This document shows positions 37,589 to 48,700 of a DNA stretch of 64,000 bases, piece after piece. Position 1 is the stretch's first letter. Each line of letters starts with the position of its first letter. The notes beneath the pieces are model-generated. The model had not been told where the DNA came from, made no database searches, and saw only the letters and a list, made by a program, of their open reading frames with translations. The DNA is taken from assembly GCA_031270465.1 (NCBI GenBank), contig JAISXP010000088.1, positions 667-64,666 on the forward strand, read 5' to 3'. The stretch comes from Tannerella sp. GTDB lineage: Bacteria > Bacteroidota > Bacteroidia > Bacteroidales > Tannerellaceae. The translations under genes and the position numbers were made by a program.

Positions 37589-38452
37589 ATGAAAACAAGA
37601 GAAAAAGCGAATCTCGCTAAATGTATGACGATGAAAGGCTTCTGTCTGCTGTCTTTTTTCTTTCTGCCGACTGTGGCAGTCTCTCAACTCCCTGAAATTG
37701 AAATGACTTTTGTGAAAGGTGGCTCGTTCGTGATGGGTTGCACTCCCGAACAGGGAAGTTATTGCAACAGCGACGAGCAGCCGGTTCATCAGGTGACGGT
37801 AAGCGATTTTTACATCGGCAAATACGAAGTCACGCAAGTCGAATGGGAGGCGGTGATGGGCAGAAACCCGTCGTATTTTCGCCCGCTGAATTGGGAAGAC
37901 ATGGAGGCTTATGTAAAGAAAATCAATGAACGCAGCGGCACAAACTACGCGATTCCGACCAGGGTGCAATGGGAAAAAGCGGTTTTGCCGGTAGAATGCG
38001 TATCGTGGAACGGAGTGGCAGAGTTTATCCGCCGCCTGAATGAACTGACCGGCAAGGACTACCGCCTGCCTACGGAAGCGGAATGGGAATATGCCGCGCG
38101 CGGCGGAGTGGCAAGCCTCGGCTACAAATACAGCGGCAGTAACACCCTGAAAGAAGTCGCCTGGTACGGCTACAATTCCGACGGACAGACACATCCCGTA
38201 GGCACAAGACAACCCAACGAACTGGGCATCCACGACATGAATGGAAATGTATGGGAATGGTGCAGCGACTGGTACAACAGATACGCAGACTATCCGCAAA
38301 CCGACCCGAAAAGCTCCGTATTCGGTTCCAGCCGGGTGTTTCGCGGCGGCAGTTGGAACAGCATCGTGCAACGCATCTCGATTCGCTCATACGCCTCGCC
38401 CGACGACTGTCGCAGCAATCTCGGATTTCGCCTTGCATGCAATTCAAAATAA
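37589..38452 (+). CDS. Formylglycine-generating enzyme (SUMF1/EgtB/PvdO) family protein
   Basis: YRLPTEAEWEYAARGG...HDMNGNVWEWCSDWY...RGGSW...GFRLA. The start is uncertain; ATGs occur at 37589, 37625 and 37631. Confidence 0.85.
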   Translation: MKTREKANLAKCMTMKGFCLLSFFFLPTVAVSQLPEIEMTFVKGGSFVMGCTPEQGSYCNSDEQPVHQVTVSDFYIGKYEVTQVEWEAVMGRNPSYFRPLNWEDMEAYVKKINERSGTNYAIPTRVQWEKAVLPVECVSWNGVAEFIRRLNELTGKDYRLPTEAEWEYAARGGVASLGYKYSGSNTLKEVAWYGYNSDGQTHPVGTRQPNELGIHDMNGNVWEWCSDWYNRYADYPQTDPKSSVFGSSRVFRGGSWNSIVQRISIRSYASPDDCRSNLGFRLACNSK

Positions 38453-38491
38453 TGACGCTATGATAATAACAACATTTAAAAAGTATTTCTT

Positions 38492-39352
38492 ATGAAACGC
38501 CTGATTCATGTTTTGGTAATATTCGCCTCAATCGCATACCCGTTTAACGGGCGGGCGCAAACGCCTGATATCAAGATGGTATTTGTGAAAGGCGGAACCT
38601 TTGCGATGGGATGTGTTCTCGAGCAGGGTAATGATTGTTCGCCGGACGAAAAGCCTGTGCACCAAGTGACGGTAAGCGATTTTTATATCGGCAAATATGA
38701 AATCACACAAGCGGAATGGGACGCCGTGATGAACAGTAATCCGTCGTATTTCACGCTGGCGCCTTCGAACTGGAAAACGATGAAAATATTTATGACCGGC
38801 GTCAACAAATTCAACAGGACAAATTATGCTGTCCCGACTGAAACGGAATGGAACAGGGCAAGCGTCATCGACGGGTTGCCCGTAGAACAGGTTAACTTAA
38901 TTGAAGTGCAGGAATTTATTCGCCGTCTGAATGAGATGACAGGGAAAAGTTACCGTTTGCCTACGGAGGCGGAATGGGAATATGCCGCGCGCGGCAGAGC
39001 GGCAGGCAGGAATTATAAATACAGCGGCAGCGACGAAGTGGGTGACGTAGCATGGTATGGTAACAATTCCGGCGGCAAGACACATCTGGTGGGCACGAAA
39101 AAACCCAATGAATTAGGCATTTACGACATGAGCGGAAACGTAAGCGAATGGACCGGCGACAAGTATGGCAACTACGGCGGCAGCCCGCAAACCAATCCGA
39201 AAGGCGAGACTTCCGGCAACGACATTGTGTTTCGCGGCGGTGGCTGGAATGCCGGTTCTCAACTCGTGCGTGTGACGATTCGCTTTCGCAGACCGTTTTA
39301 CATCACCGGCGATCCGTTCATCGGCCTCCGCCTTGCCTGCGATCCGGAATAG
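38492..39352 (+). CDS. Formylglycine-generating enzyme family protein, divergent tandem paralog
   Basis: Colinear with 37589..38452 (VKGGTFAMGC...PVHQVTVSDFYIGKYE...YRLPTEAEWEYAARG). Several core positions differ (GNVSEWTGDKY, PVEQVNL, GLRLA). Confidence 0.8.
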   Translation: MKRLIHVLVIFASIAYPFNGRAQTPDIKMVFVKGGTFAMGCVLEQGNDCSPDEKPVHQVTVSDFYIGKYEITQAEWDAVMNSNPSYFTLAPSNWKTMKIFMTGVNKFNRTNYAVPTETEWNRASVIDGLPVEQVNLIEVQEFIRRLNEMTGKSYRLPTEAEWEYAARGRAAGRNYKYSGSDEVGDVAWYGNNSGGKTHLVGTKKPNELGIYDMSGNVSEWTGDKYGNYGGSPQTNPKGETSGNDIVFRGGGWNAGSQLVRVTIRFRRPFYITGDPFIGLRLACDPE

Positions 39353-39364
39353 TCTTGCGGCAGG

Positions 39365-41236
39365 TCATTCATATTCGGACAGTTCGAGCCACCGGTCGGT
39401 TTTCCGTTCGACGGTTTCGATGATTTCGGCAATGCGGGTCGACTGGCGTGTGAGTTCGTCGACGGACAGATTGCCGCTGCTCAAGGCAGTCTCCAGTTGC
39501 GTTTTCTCGGCCTCGAGCGCAGCGATTTCCGTTTCGAGCGATTCCAGTTCGCGACGTTCGCGGTACGACAGTTTTTTCTCTTCTTTCCTGTCCGGCCGTA
39601 CGGGGGGCGTTTCTCTTACCTCCGGTGCGCTTTCCTTCTTCTTTTCGCGGTCTGCATTTTCTTTCCATTCGCGATATTGCGTGTAGTTGCCTGGAAAGTC
39701 CTGTATATTTGCCTCTCCGTGAAAAACAAGAATATGATCTACGACTTTGTCCATAAAATACCGGTCGTGCGAGACGACGATCAGGCATCCTTTGAACGAC
39801 CGGAGATATTCTTCGAGCACGTTGAGCGTAACGATATCGAGGTCGTTCGTCGGCTCGTCGAGTACCAGAAAGTTCGGGCTGCGCATCAGCGTCGTGCAGA
39901 GATACAGCCGCCGTTTTTCTCCGCCGCTCAGTTTGTGAATGAAATGATGCTGCCTGTCGGGCGCGAAGAGAAAATGACTCAGAAACTGTGATGCGCTCAG
40001 TGTCCTGCCGTTGCCAAGCGTCACATATTCTGCAATATCCTGCACGGCATCAATCACTTTCAGGTTGTCGTCGAACGCCTGCCCGTCCTGACTGTAGTAA
40101 CCGAAGCGAACGGTTTCGCCGATGTCGAAGCGTCCGCTGTCGGGCGAGATTTCGCCTGTCAGCATCTTGACAAAGGTAGATTTGCCTGTCCCGTTGCTAC
40201 CGACGATACCCAGCTTTTCGTAACGTGCAAACGTATAGTTGAAACCGTCCAGTATGCGTGTTTGGCCGAAGCGTTTGCAGACGTCGATCGCTTCGAAGAT
40301 TTTCGATCCGATATAGGCGGATTCGACATGCAGCCGCATGTCGCCCGTTTCCTGTTTCCGGCGCGCCTTTTCTTCCAGTTCATAAAACGCGTCGATGCGG
40401 TATTTGGCTTTCGTACCGCGCGCCTGCGGTTGGCGGCGCATCCATTCAAGTTCTCTGCGCAGCAGATTATTCGCACGTTCGGTTTCTGCCCGGTCGGCGG
40501 AAAGGCGTTCTTCCCTCTTTTCAAGATAATGGCTGTAGTTCCCCCTGTAACGGTAAAGCGAATGACGGTCTATTTCGATGATTTCGTTACAGATGCGATC
40601 AAGAAAATAACGGTCATGCGTGACCATCAGCAGTCCGGCGCCGGACTGGTTCAGATAAGCTTCCAGCCATTCAATCATTTCGAGATCGAGATGGTTGGTC
40701 GGCTCGTCCAGCAAAATCAGTTCAGGCTCGGTAATCAGCACATGTGCCAGTGCCACCCGCTTGACCTGTCCGCCGGAGAGAGCGCCCATTTTGGCATCGA
40801 AGCAGTTTATTTTCAGTTGCGAGAGAATTTGTTTTGCTCTGCGTTCGCAGTCCCATGCCTTTTCGCTGTCCATGCGGACGGCCAGCGCTTCCAGTCGCTG
40901 CACATCTTCCGAAGCGACGGCCGCTTCGTATTCGGCAATCAGGCGTACGACGGGGTTCGTCGACGAGAAGCATGTCTCCAGCACAGTCAATTCCGCCGGA
41001 TAGCAGGGCGACTGTTCGAGGTATCCGACGCGCAGGTCGTTACGGAATGTCACACTGCCTTCGTCCGCACTTTCCTTTCCCGCGATGATGTTCATCAGTG
41101 TGGTCTTGCCCGCACCGTTTTTTGCGATCAGTCCCGTTTTCTGTCTTTGTGAAATACCGAAGGTGATGTCGTCGAAAAGCAGCAAATCGCCATAGCGCTT
41201 GCTCAGTCTGTCTACCTGTAGATAGCCGGTTTGCAC
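39365..41236 (-). CDS. ABC-F family ATPase (Uup/YbiT-like, no membrane domain)
   Basis: Two ABC cassettes (GLIAKNGAGKTTL ... LSGGQVKR ... ILLDEPTNHLD; GIVGSNGTGKSTF ... LSGGEKRR ... LVLDEPTNDLD) and a C-terminal coiled-coil tail. Confidence 0.9.
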   Translation of the reverse strand: MQTGYLQVDRLSKRYGDLLLFDDITFGISQRQKTGLIAKNGAGKTTLMNIIAGKESADEGSVTFRNDLRVGYLEQSPCYPAELTVLETCFSSTNPVVRLIAEYEAAVASEDVQRLEALAVRMDSEKAWDCERRAKQILSQLKINCFDAKMGALSGGQVKRVALAHVLITEPELILLDEPTNHLDLEMIEWLEAYLNQSGAGLLMVTHDRYFLDRICNEIIEIDRHSLYRYRGNYSHYLEKREERLSADRAETERANNLLRRELEWMRRQPQARGTKAKYRIDAFYELEEKARRKQETGDMRLHVESAYIGSKIFEAIDVCKRFGQTRILDGFNYTFARYEKLGIVGSNGTGKSTFVKMLTGEISPDSGRFDIGETVRFGYYSQDGQAFDDNLKVIDAVQDIAEYVTLGNGRTLSASQFLSHFLFAPDRQHHFIHKLSGGEKRRLYLCTTLMRSPNFLVLDEPTNDLDIVTLNVLEEYLRSFKGCLIVVSHDRYFMDKVVDHILVFHGEANIQDFPGNYTQYREWKENADREKKKESAPEVRETPPVRPDRKEEKKLSYRERRELESLETEIAALEAEKTQLETALSSGNLSVDELTRQSTRIAEIIETVERKTDRWLELSEYE

Positions 41237-41246
41237 GTGTGGGGTA

Positions 41247-42743
41247 CTATCTGTTCTGTTCTTTCAGGATGACATCGTGCGCACCGCCTTCCACGATGCT
41301 TGTCGACGAAACGAGCGTAATCCGGGCATTCTTTTGCAGCGTCTTGATGGTGGTCGCTCCGCAACTGCACATCGTCGCCTTGATTTTTCCCAGCGTGACG
41401 GCCATGTTGTCTTTCATTTTACCTGCATAGGGGACATAGCTGTCGACGCCTTCCTCGAACTTGAGTATTTCCGTCTCGCCCATGTCGTAGCGTTGCCAGT
41501 TTTGTGCGCGATTGGAACCTTCGCCCCAGTATTCCTTGACGTAGTTGTTGCTGATGCGGAGCGTTTTTGTCGGCGATTCGTCGAAACGTGCAAAATAACG
41601 TCCCATCATCAGGAAATCGGCGCCCATTGCCAGCGCCAATACCATGTGGTAGTCGTGCACCAGTCCGCCGTCGCTGCAAATCGGGATGTAAATGCCTGTC
41701 TCCCGACAGTATTCGTCGCGCGCCTGTACTACGTCTATCAGGGCTGTGGCCTGTCCGCGCCCGATGCCTTTCTGTTCGCGGGTGATGCAGATGGAACCGC
41801 CGCCAATGCCTACTTTGATAAAGTCCGCGCCAGCGTCGACCAGATAGCGGAAACCTTCGCTGTCGACCACATTCCCTGCGCCGATATACGTTTTGTCGCC
41901 GTATTGCTGTTTCACCCAGGCCAGCGTCTCCTTTTGCCACTCGGAATAGCCGTCGGACGAATCGATGCACAGGACATCCGCGCCCGCGTCGATGAGTGCG
42001 GGGACACGTACCCTGTAATCGCGCGTGTTGACTCCTGCGCCTACGAGCAGTTTTTTTGTCCTGTCCGACAGTTCTTCGGGATTGTTGCGGTGGCTGTCGT
42101 AGTCCTTGCGGAAAACAAAGTATACCAGATGGCCGTCGCTGTCGATGATGGGAAGCGCATTGAGTTTATGCTCCCACAGTATCTGGTTGGCTTCACTGAG
42201 CGGGATGCCCGACTGGCCGTAGATTAATTTGGAAAATGGCGTCATGAAATCCCTGACTTTCATGCTCAGGGGGTCTTTCTCGATGCGATAGTCGCGGCTG
42301 GTGACGATGCCGGCCAGTTTTCCGTTCGACGTGCCGTCGTCCGTCACGCCAATCGTCGAATGTCCGGTCGCCTTCGCCACCCGGATCACGTCGGCCAGCG
42401 TCTGCTCCGGCTTCACATTTGCATCGCTTATCACAAATCCGGCCTTGAACTTCTTCACTCTCCGCACCATTTCGGCCTGATCTTCAACAGGCTGAGAACA
42501 GAAAATGAACGAGAGGCCGCCGTTGCGTGCCAGTTCGATGGCAAGCTCCGTACCGGACACGGACTGCATTATCGCCGAAACGAACGGTATGTTCAACTCA
42601 ATATCCGGCGTCTCGCCAAAGGCGTGTTTGACGAGCGGCGTTTTTAAATTTACGTTGGACGGGATACATTCTTTGGTCGTCAGACCGGGAATCAACAGAT
42701 ATTCCCCAAAAGTTCTGGATACGTCATTCAAGTATATTGCCAT
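41247..42743 (-). CDS. guaB: IMP dehydrogenase family protein
   Basis: 498 aa. LIPGLTT...[13 protein letters not shown], a CBS pair region, the catalytic loop [13 protein letters not shown], and GEGS. Confidence 0.8.
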   Translation of the reverse strand: MAIYLNDVSRTFGEYLLIPGLTTKECIPSNVNLKTPLVKHAFGETPDIELNIPFVSAIMQSVSGTELAIELARNGGLSFIFCSQPVEDQAEMVRRVKKFKAGFVISDANVKPEQTLADVIRVAKATGHSTIGVTDDGTSNGKLAGIVTSRDYRIEKDPLSMKVRDFMTPFSKLIYGQSGIPLSEANQILWEHKLNALPIIDSDGHLVYFVFRKDYDSHRNNPEELSDRTKKLLVGAGVNTRDYRVRVPALIDAGADVLCIDSSDGYSEWQKETLAWVKQQYGDKTYIGAGNVVDSEGFRYLVDAGADFIKVGIGGGSICITREQKGIGRGQATALIDVVQARDEYCRETGIYIPICSDGGLVHDYHMVLALAMGADFLMMGRYFARFDESPTKTLRISNNYVKEYWGEGSNRAQNWQRYDMGETEILKFEEGVDSYVPYAGKMKDNMAVTLGKIKATMCSCGATTIKTLQKNARITLVSSTSIVEGGAHDVILKEQNR

Positions 42744-42776
42744 ATATCTCTTTGTTTACGGGTCGAAATAACGGTG

Positions 42777-42784
42777 CAAAAGTA
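42777..42784 (-). promoter_or_regulatory. Bacteroidetes-type -7 promoter box (TAnnTTTG)
   Basis: Minus-strand TACTTTTG, 33 nt upstream of the guaB ATG. Confidence 0.5.
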
Positions 42785-43005
42785 CGAAGATTTCACGTAA
42801 AAAAGAAAAAAGCGCATACATTTCAGGGACAACGCATAAAAAATAAAATAATTTGACAGTTGTCAACAAAAGAGTGCAATTCGGGATGTCGCACCAAACA
42901 CATCTCTTAATAATTTTTATTCAAGCTGTTAGAATGATATATTTTTTATAATAATTCCAAATAATGCATCTGTAATGCAATTATTTTGGTGATAAAGTTG
43001 TATGT

Positions 43006-43829
43006 ATGAAAAAAAGGCTCTACATCGCGCCCCGAATTGAACGAAGAAAGATATAGCGATGCCTCCGAAGGAAACGGCCTGCTGTCGCATTCTTGCGAGA
43101 GCAGGCTTGTTTTTCTCCCTCTTTGCTTCTCGACAAAATAAAGTCCTGAGAGAAGATATCGGACAGGGCGGCTCGATGGCACGTTTCACCATAAACGGCA
43201 ACCATCTCTACACGGAGGACAACTCCAGACTGCATGAGTTCGACATCTCCAGGACGGACAATCCGGTTTATTTGCCGCAGAAAGTGCAGTATATGGAGGC
43301 AGGCATTGAAACGGTTTTCTCGATGGACACGCTTCTGTTCATCGGTTAACAGATCGGCATGTATATATATTAATGTAATACGCGACGGTTTTCCGCAGCA
43401 AATCGCATACTAACCGCATATCACCGCCTGCGATCCGGTCGTCGCTTCGGACTGTCATGCGTACGTGACGCTCAATTCCGAAAACGTATGGGGTGCGGAC
43501 GCGCCTCCAACGAATTGCGCGTGTACGACATTTCCGACCCCTACAACCCCGAACTCGCGCATACGGAGAGACTTTTGGGACTCCGGGGACGCTGGGGACG
43601 CTGGGGCTACAACCTCGAACTCGCGCATACGGAGAGGGGATTCATGCATCCGCGCGGTCTGGGCATCGACGGCAACCGGCTGTTTATCACTGGCTGCAGG
43701 TCAGTGCAAAAGGTTGACGGCGTTCCTTGTACCGGCGCTGTCCGGGATACTTTTCTGCGGCGCAATCGCGCTGAAAGTGACCGGACTGATTCTGATGCTG
43801 TTTTCAAAAAGAAAGTGATAGTCCCTTGA
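43006..43829 (+). pseudogene. Disrupted LVIVD-repeat beta-propeller lipoprotein gene
   Basis: The ATG at 43006 is closed after 16 codons. Homologous-looking pieces then lie in different frames: GGSMARFTINGNHLYT...LHEFDISRTDNP, FIG*QIGMYIY*, ACDPVVASDCHAYVTLNS, NELRVYDISDPYNPEL. A 30-bp direct repeat occurs at 43541 and 43607 (a 66-bp duplication). Confidence 0.6.
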
Positions 43830-43871
43830 ATTTTTTATCTCATTTTTTGTACCGTTAGAAGGAAGTTTTTC

Positions 43872-43879
43872 TATCTTTG
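43872..43879 (+). promoter_or_regulatory. Bacteroidetes-type -7 promoter box (TAnnTTTG)
   Basis: TATCTTTG, 41 nt upstream of the ECF sigma ATG at 43921. Confidence 0.5.
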
Positions 43880-43920
43880 TTCGCCGATATTTACTCATTA
43901 CCTTTGAAAAAAAAGCAGAC

Positions 43921-44502
43921 ATGATTACACCCGGCGAAATCTTCTCGAAATCGGATTTCGGTACGTTTTATAATACCTACTATAAGCGTTTCATCCGTTA
44001 TGCCTGTTACTATGTGGACGATGTCCGGACGGCCGAAGACCTCACGCACGACGCGATTCTGTACTGCTGGGAAAACAGAAGCAAACTGCCTCCCGATACC
44101 GACATGCTGGGATACGTCCTGTCGGCCATCAAGAACAAATGCCTGAATCACCTGAAGCACTTGCAGATCGAAGCCGAATACGGCCGGCAGTGTATCGAAC
44201 TGTACGAATGGGAAATCAATGCGCGTATCATGACACTCGAAGACGAGCATTACAACGACATTTTCGCGAACGAAATCAAGCGTATCGTGCGAAGCGCGCT
44301 GGCACAACTCCCCGAGCAGACGCGCCACATCTTCGAACAGCACCGCTTCAAATTCAGGTCGCGACGGGAAATCGCCGACGAGTTGGGCGTCTCGCTGCAA
44401 AAAGTCGACTATCATATCAACAAGGCTACCCGACATCTGTACAATGAGTTGAAAGACTATTCACCCCTCTTTGTCATTTTTTTTCAAATTTTTTTCGGTT
44501 AG
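43921..44502 (+). CDS. ECF RNA polymerase sigma-70 factor
   Basis: Region 2 (YKRFIRYACYYV...AEDLTHDAILYCWE) and region 4 (REIADELGVSLQKVDYHINKA). Confidence 0.9.
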   Translation: MITPGEIFSKSDFGTFYNTYYKRFIRYACYYVDDVRTAEDLTHDAILYCWENRSKLPPDTDMLGYVLSAIKNKCLNHLKHLQIEAEYGRQCIELYEWEINARIMTLEDEHYNDIFANEIKRIVRSALAQLPEQTRHIFEQHRFKFRSRREIADELGVSLQKVDYHINKATRHLYNELKDYSPLFVIFFQIFFG

Positions 44503-44558
44503 CGTTTGGGATTTTCGGTCTCTGAGTTGTTCTACTGTTGGAACCAAAACCAAATGGG

Positions 44559-45494
44559 ATGAAGATAGACCGTCATCTGCTTGTCCGTTATTTTCTGGGA
44601 CGCTGTTCCTCAGAAGAGAAGGAAATCATCCGCCTGTGGCTGGAAAGCGGCGAGGCGCACCGGCAAACGTTTGTCCACGAGCGCATCCGCTTTGATGCGT
44701 CCGTGGCGATGAGTGAAACCGGCCTTCCGCAGCAACAGCCCGTCCGTGCGAAAAGCGTCGCTTTGACCCTGCTGAAAGCAGCCGCCGTCGTCCTGCTGCT
44801 GGTCGGCAGCAGCTACTTCTTCAATCTTTATCGTACTCTGCCGGTGAAATCCGCCATGCAAAGCCTTTACGTCCCGCCGGGAAACCGGGCGTTCCTCACC
44901 CTGCCGGACAGCAGCAGCGTATGGCTGAATTCCAATTCGACGCTCAGCTATCCGGCTGCGTTCGACGGTAAGGCGCGGACGGTAGAACTGGATGGCGAAG
45001 CCTATTTCGAAGTCGCGAAACGCAACGGACAATCCTTTGTCGTGAAAACCGAAAAGTATCACGTCGAAGCGTTGGGAACCTCCTTCAACGTCGACGCCTA
45101 CGCCGGCAAACCGGATTTCTCCACCACCCTGTACAGCGGAAAAGTGATTCTCTACAACGAACAGAGCCACGAACCTCCGCTCTGTCTCAATCCCGGAGAA
45201 TCGGCTGCACTGACCCACGATTTGCTGCAGGTATCGCCCATTAAAACAGGCGATTCTCACTGGCGCGAAGGACTGATTGTCATCGAAGACCGCACGTTTG
45301 AAGAAATCATGCAGCTCTTCGAAAAATATTTCGGACAGCAGATTGTTGTCGAAAACAACAGGGTAAAAACGCTCAGCTACCGCGGCAAACTCCGCATAGC
45401 CGACGGCGTCGAACATGCTCTCAGAGTGTTGCAAAAAGATTTTCGTTTCGCTTACCGGCGCGATGAGGATCTGAATATCATCCGTATCCATTAA
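44559..45494 (+). CDS. FecR family anti-sigma factor
   Basis: Single TM segment (LLKAAAVVLLLVGSSYF) and a FecR domain (LPDSSSVWLNSNSTLSY...ELDGEAYFEV). The start is placed at the ATG at 44559. Confidence 0.9.
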   Translation: MKIDRHLLVRYFLGRCSSEEKEIIRLWLESGEAHRQTFVHERIRFDASVAMSETGLPQQQPVRAKSVALTLLKAAAVVLLLVGSSYFFNLYRTLPVKSAMQSLYVPPGNRAFLTLPDSSSVWLNSNSTLSYPAAFDGKARTVELDGEAYFEVAKRNGQSFVVKTEKYHVEALGTSFNVDAYAGKPDFSTTLYSGKVILYNEQSHEPPLCLNPGESAALTHDLLQVSPIKTGDSHWREGLIVIEDRTFEEIMQLFEKYFGQQIVVENNRVKTLSYRGKLRIADGVEHALRVLQKDFRFAYRRDEDLNIIRIH

Positions 45495-45711
45495 CATGAA
45501 AATTTTTCAGCCATGAAAGTAAACCTGGACTCCAGTTGATGAAAGAAAAAAGAACCGGCAGCGCAGCAACGCTTACCGGCTCATAACAGGCGCATTCTGA
45601 GAGAATATACCTATTTACTAATAAAACACTTACAAAGATATGAATAAAATTTTTATACCGGAGATATTATTGCGGAGTAATATCGGCAAATGTCTCCATT
45701 TTAACAAAATT

Positions 45712-48700
45712 ATGAAACTGACGATTTGTTTTTGGCTTCTGTTTTCCGGTCTTGTTTTTGCCGGAAACGCCAATTCGCAAAACGCAAGGGTAAGCCTGAA
45801 CATACAGCAGGCGCTACTCAAGGATGTATTGGAAGAGATTGAGCGGCAGACGGATTACCTCTTTATTTCGAACACGGAGGTCAATCTGGAGCGCAAAGTC
45901 TCCGTACGTGTAAAGAACATGCCCGTGCGCGAAGTGCTCGACCGGCTGTTCAAAAATACCGACCTCTCCTACGAAGTGGAAGGCGTCAACGTGATCATTA
46001 CGAAAAGAGACGCTCTGCCCGAAACGATTGTCGCACCACAGCAAACAGGTAAACGCATCTCCGGCACGGTAGTCGACGAAAAAAACGAGCCGGTCATCGG
46101 GGCGAATGTCCTCGAAAAAGGCGTGGCGACAAACGGCACCGTGACCGATGTGAACGGGTATTTCTCGCTGACGGTGGCGGACAATGCCGTCTTGCAAGTC
46201 TCCTTTATCGGATATATCACGCAGGAAATCCCGGTAAAAAAGCAACTGAATTTTACTGTCACACTGGCGGAAGATCTACAAAAATTAGAAGAAGTTGTTG
46301 TTGTCGGTTACGGCACTCAAAAGAAAGTAAATCTTACCGGTTCAGTGTCCAGTGTCAATTCGGATTTGTTGGATAGCCGTCCCATTACTCAGGCTTCTCA
46401 AGCTCTTTCCGGACTGGCAGCCGGTGTGACGGTTCGTCAATCAAGCAGTCGTCCGGGCAGTGATGGAAGCACTATTCGTATTCGCGGCTTGGGAACCTTT
46501 TCCAGTGCAGGTTCCAGTCCATTGGTATTAATTGATGGTATGGATGCTTCTTTCGATGATATTGATCCTGCTAATATCAAGTCGATTTCTGTGTTGAAAG
46601 ATGCAGCCTCCGCCTCTATTTATGGTACCAGAGCTGCCAATGGAGTAATTCTGGTAGAAACCAAAAAGGGACAACAAGGTAAAATCCAGATTAGTTACAA
46701 CAACTATTTTGGATGGCAAAAAGTAAGCGAATTACCAGATTTTGTCGACTCCTGGGAGTATGCCGTACTACGAAATGAAGCAAATAAGAATCAAGGACGA
46801 GGGATCACTTATACGGAGGAAGAAATTGAGCTTTTCAGGAGCGGATCGGATCCGGACAACCATCCGAATGTTCCCCATTTGAAAAATCTCCTGACATCTA
46901 ATTCCGGTTTTCAGACGAACCATAATGTAAGTTTTACTGGAGGCAATGATAAAATACAATATCTTTTTTCTACCGGATATTTATATCAGGATGGCGTTGT
47001 TACGAAGAACTATTACGACAGATATAACTTCCAGCTGAATATTGATAACCAATTGCTTAGTAATCTAAAGATTCATACTAACATTGGCGGATATGCGTCT
47101 GACCGGCACGAGCCTCGACATGGTGATGGCGATATGACGAATATGATTAATTTCGCAGTACGTGAAGGGCCTCAGTTCGCAGGAAAAAAATTGGACGGAA
47201 CATTTGGCTATCAAGACAACTACTCGCCAGAGGCATGGCTGGATAGTGAATCGTTTATGAGGTATCGCAAAAATCAATTTATGGGAAGTGCTGAGCTTGA
47301 ATGGGAAATCCTTTCAGGATTATCGGTCAGCGGAAAAGCTGGATATAAACACTATAATCGTCTGCAGAAGGACTTTGTGGCAAAAGTGGAATTCGATGAA
47401 TATAAGACTTATGCGCCAAACAAACTTTACATTGATAACGAATTCATCAACTTAGTTCAATTGCAGGCTTTAGCTCATTATAACAAAGCATTTGGATATC
47501 ATAAATTGGGCGTTTTGTTGGGAGTCTCGCAAGAAGAATATAAACAGGAATGGTACAAAGCTTATCGTCAGAATTTTCCGAATAATTCTTTATATGAGTT
47601 GGACGCCGGCAGTAAAGACGGGATGAGCAACGAAGGTTCCGGGCAGGAGTATGGGTTGCGTTCGTTTTTGGGAAGGATAAATTATTCATATAAAGAGCGC
47701 TATTTGGCGGAAATAAATGCTCGTTATGACGGAACGTCCCGTTTTCCGAAAAATAACAGATGGGGACTGTTTCCTTCCGTATCATTAGGATGGCGGATTT
47801 CAGAAGAAAGCTTTATCCAGGACAATGCGGCATGGATTGATAATTTAAAACTCAGGGCTTCATGGGGACAGTTAGGAAACCAGAATATTGGTTATTATCC
47901 CTATCAAAGCGTGTTGAGTAATCAGAATTATACGTTTGGAGGGACGGTTGCGTCTGGTTTAGCCACAGTCAACTATGTAAACAGGGATATTTCATGGGAG
48001 ACAACAACGATTACCGATATTGGAATAGATTTCTCTTTTATGGATGGGTTATGGGATATTACGATGGATTATTTTGTTAAGAAAACAAGTGATATTTTAT
48101 ATGGTGTAGCCAGTTCTGCAGTATTAGGTTTATCTACATCCGAAAGTAATAGTGCGGATGTTAGTAATAAGGGTTTTGAAGTTATGGCTTCATACAGCCC
48201 CCGTATTGGAGGATTTAAACTATGCATAACTCCCAATTTCTCTTATGTAAAAAATGAGGTAACTAATTTGGGAGGGGGTATTACTGCTGATTATGGAAAC
48301 AATTTGTTTGTAGGACAGCCGATTAATGCGATTTACGGATACGTGGCAGATGGTTTATTCGTGGACCAGGCCGATATTGACAGCTATGCCAGTCAACCCT
48401 ATAGCGCAGAACGTGGTTTTGTAAGATATAAAGACTTGGACGGCGATGGTGTAACAGATGCAGGTAACGATCGGAAAGTGTTGGGTAGTACGATGCCTAA
48501 ATATACTTATGGATTGACTTTGTCAGCTGATTACAGGAATTTTGACGCTGTGATTATTCTGCAGGGATTAGGAGGGCATAAACAAAGATTAGGATCTTAT
48601 CAGGGATATGCTTTTTATAATAGCGGACAGATTCAGGCTTGGCAAGCTGATAATCGTTGGACGGAAGAGAATCCCGACAGAAACGCGGCTTATCCGAAAT

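Noticed and set aside
42853-42866. The palindrome TTGACAGTTGTCAA between guaB and the LVIVD pseudogene.
   Set aside because: It is a single short dyad in AT-rich DNA with no second copy seen in the window, so there is not enough evidence to call it a regulatory site.
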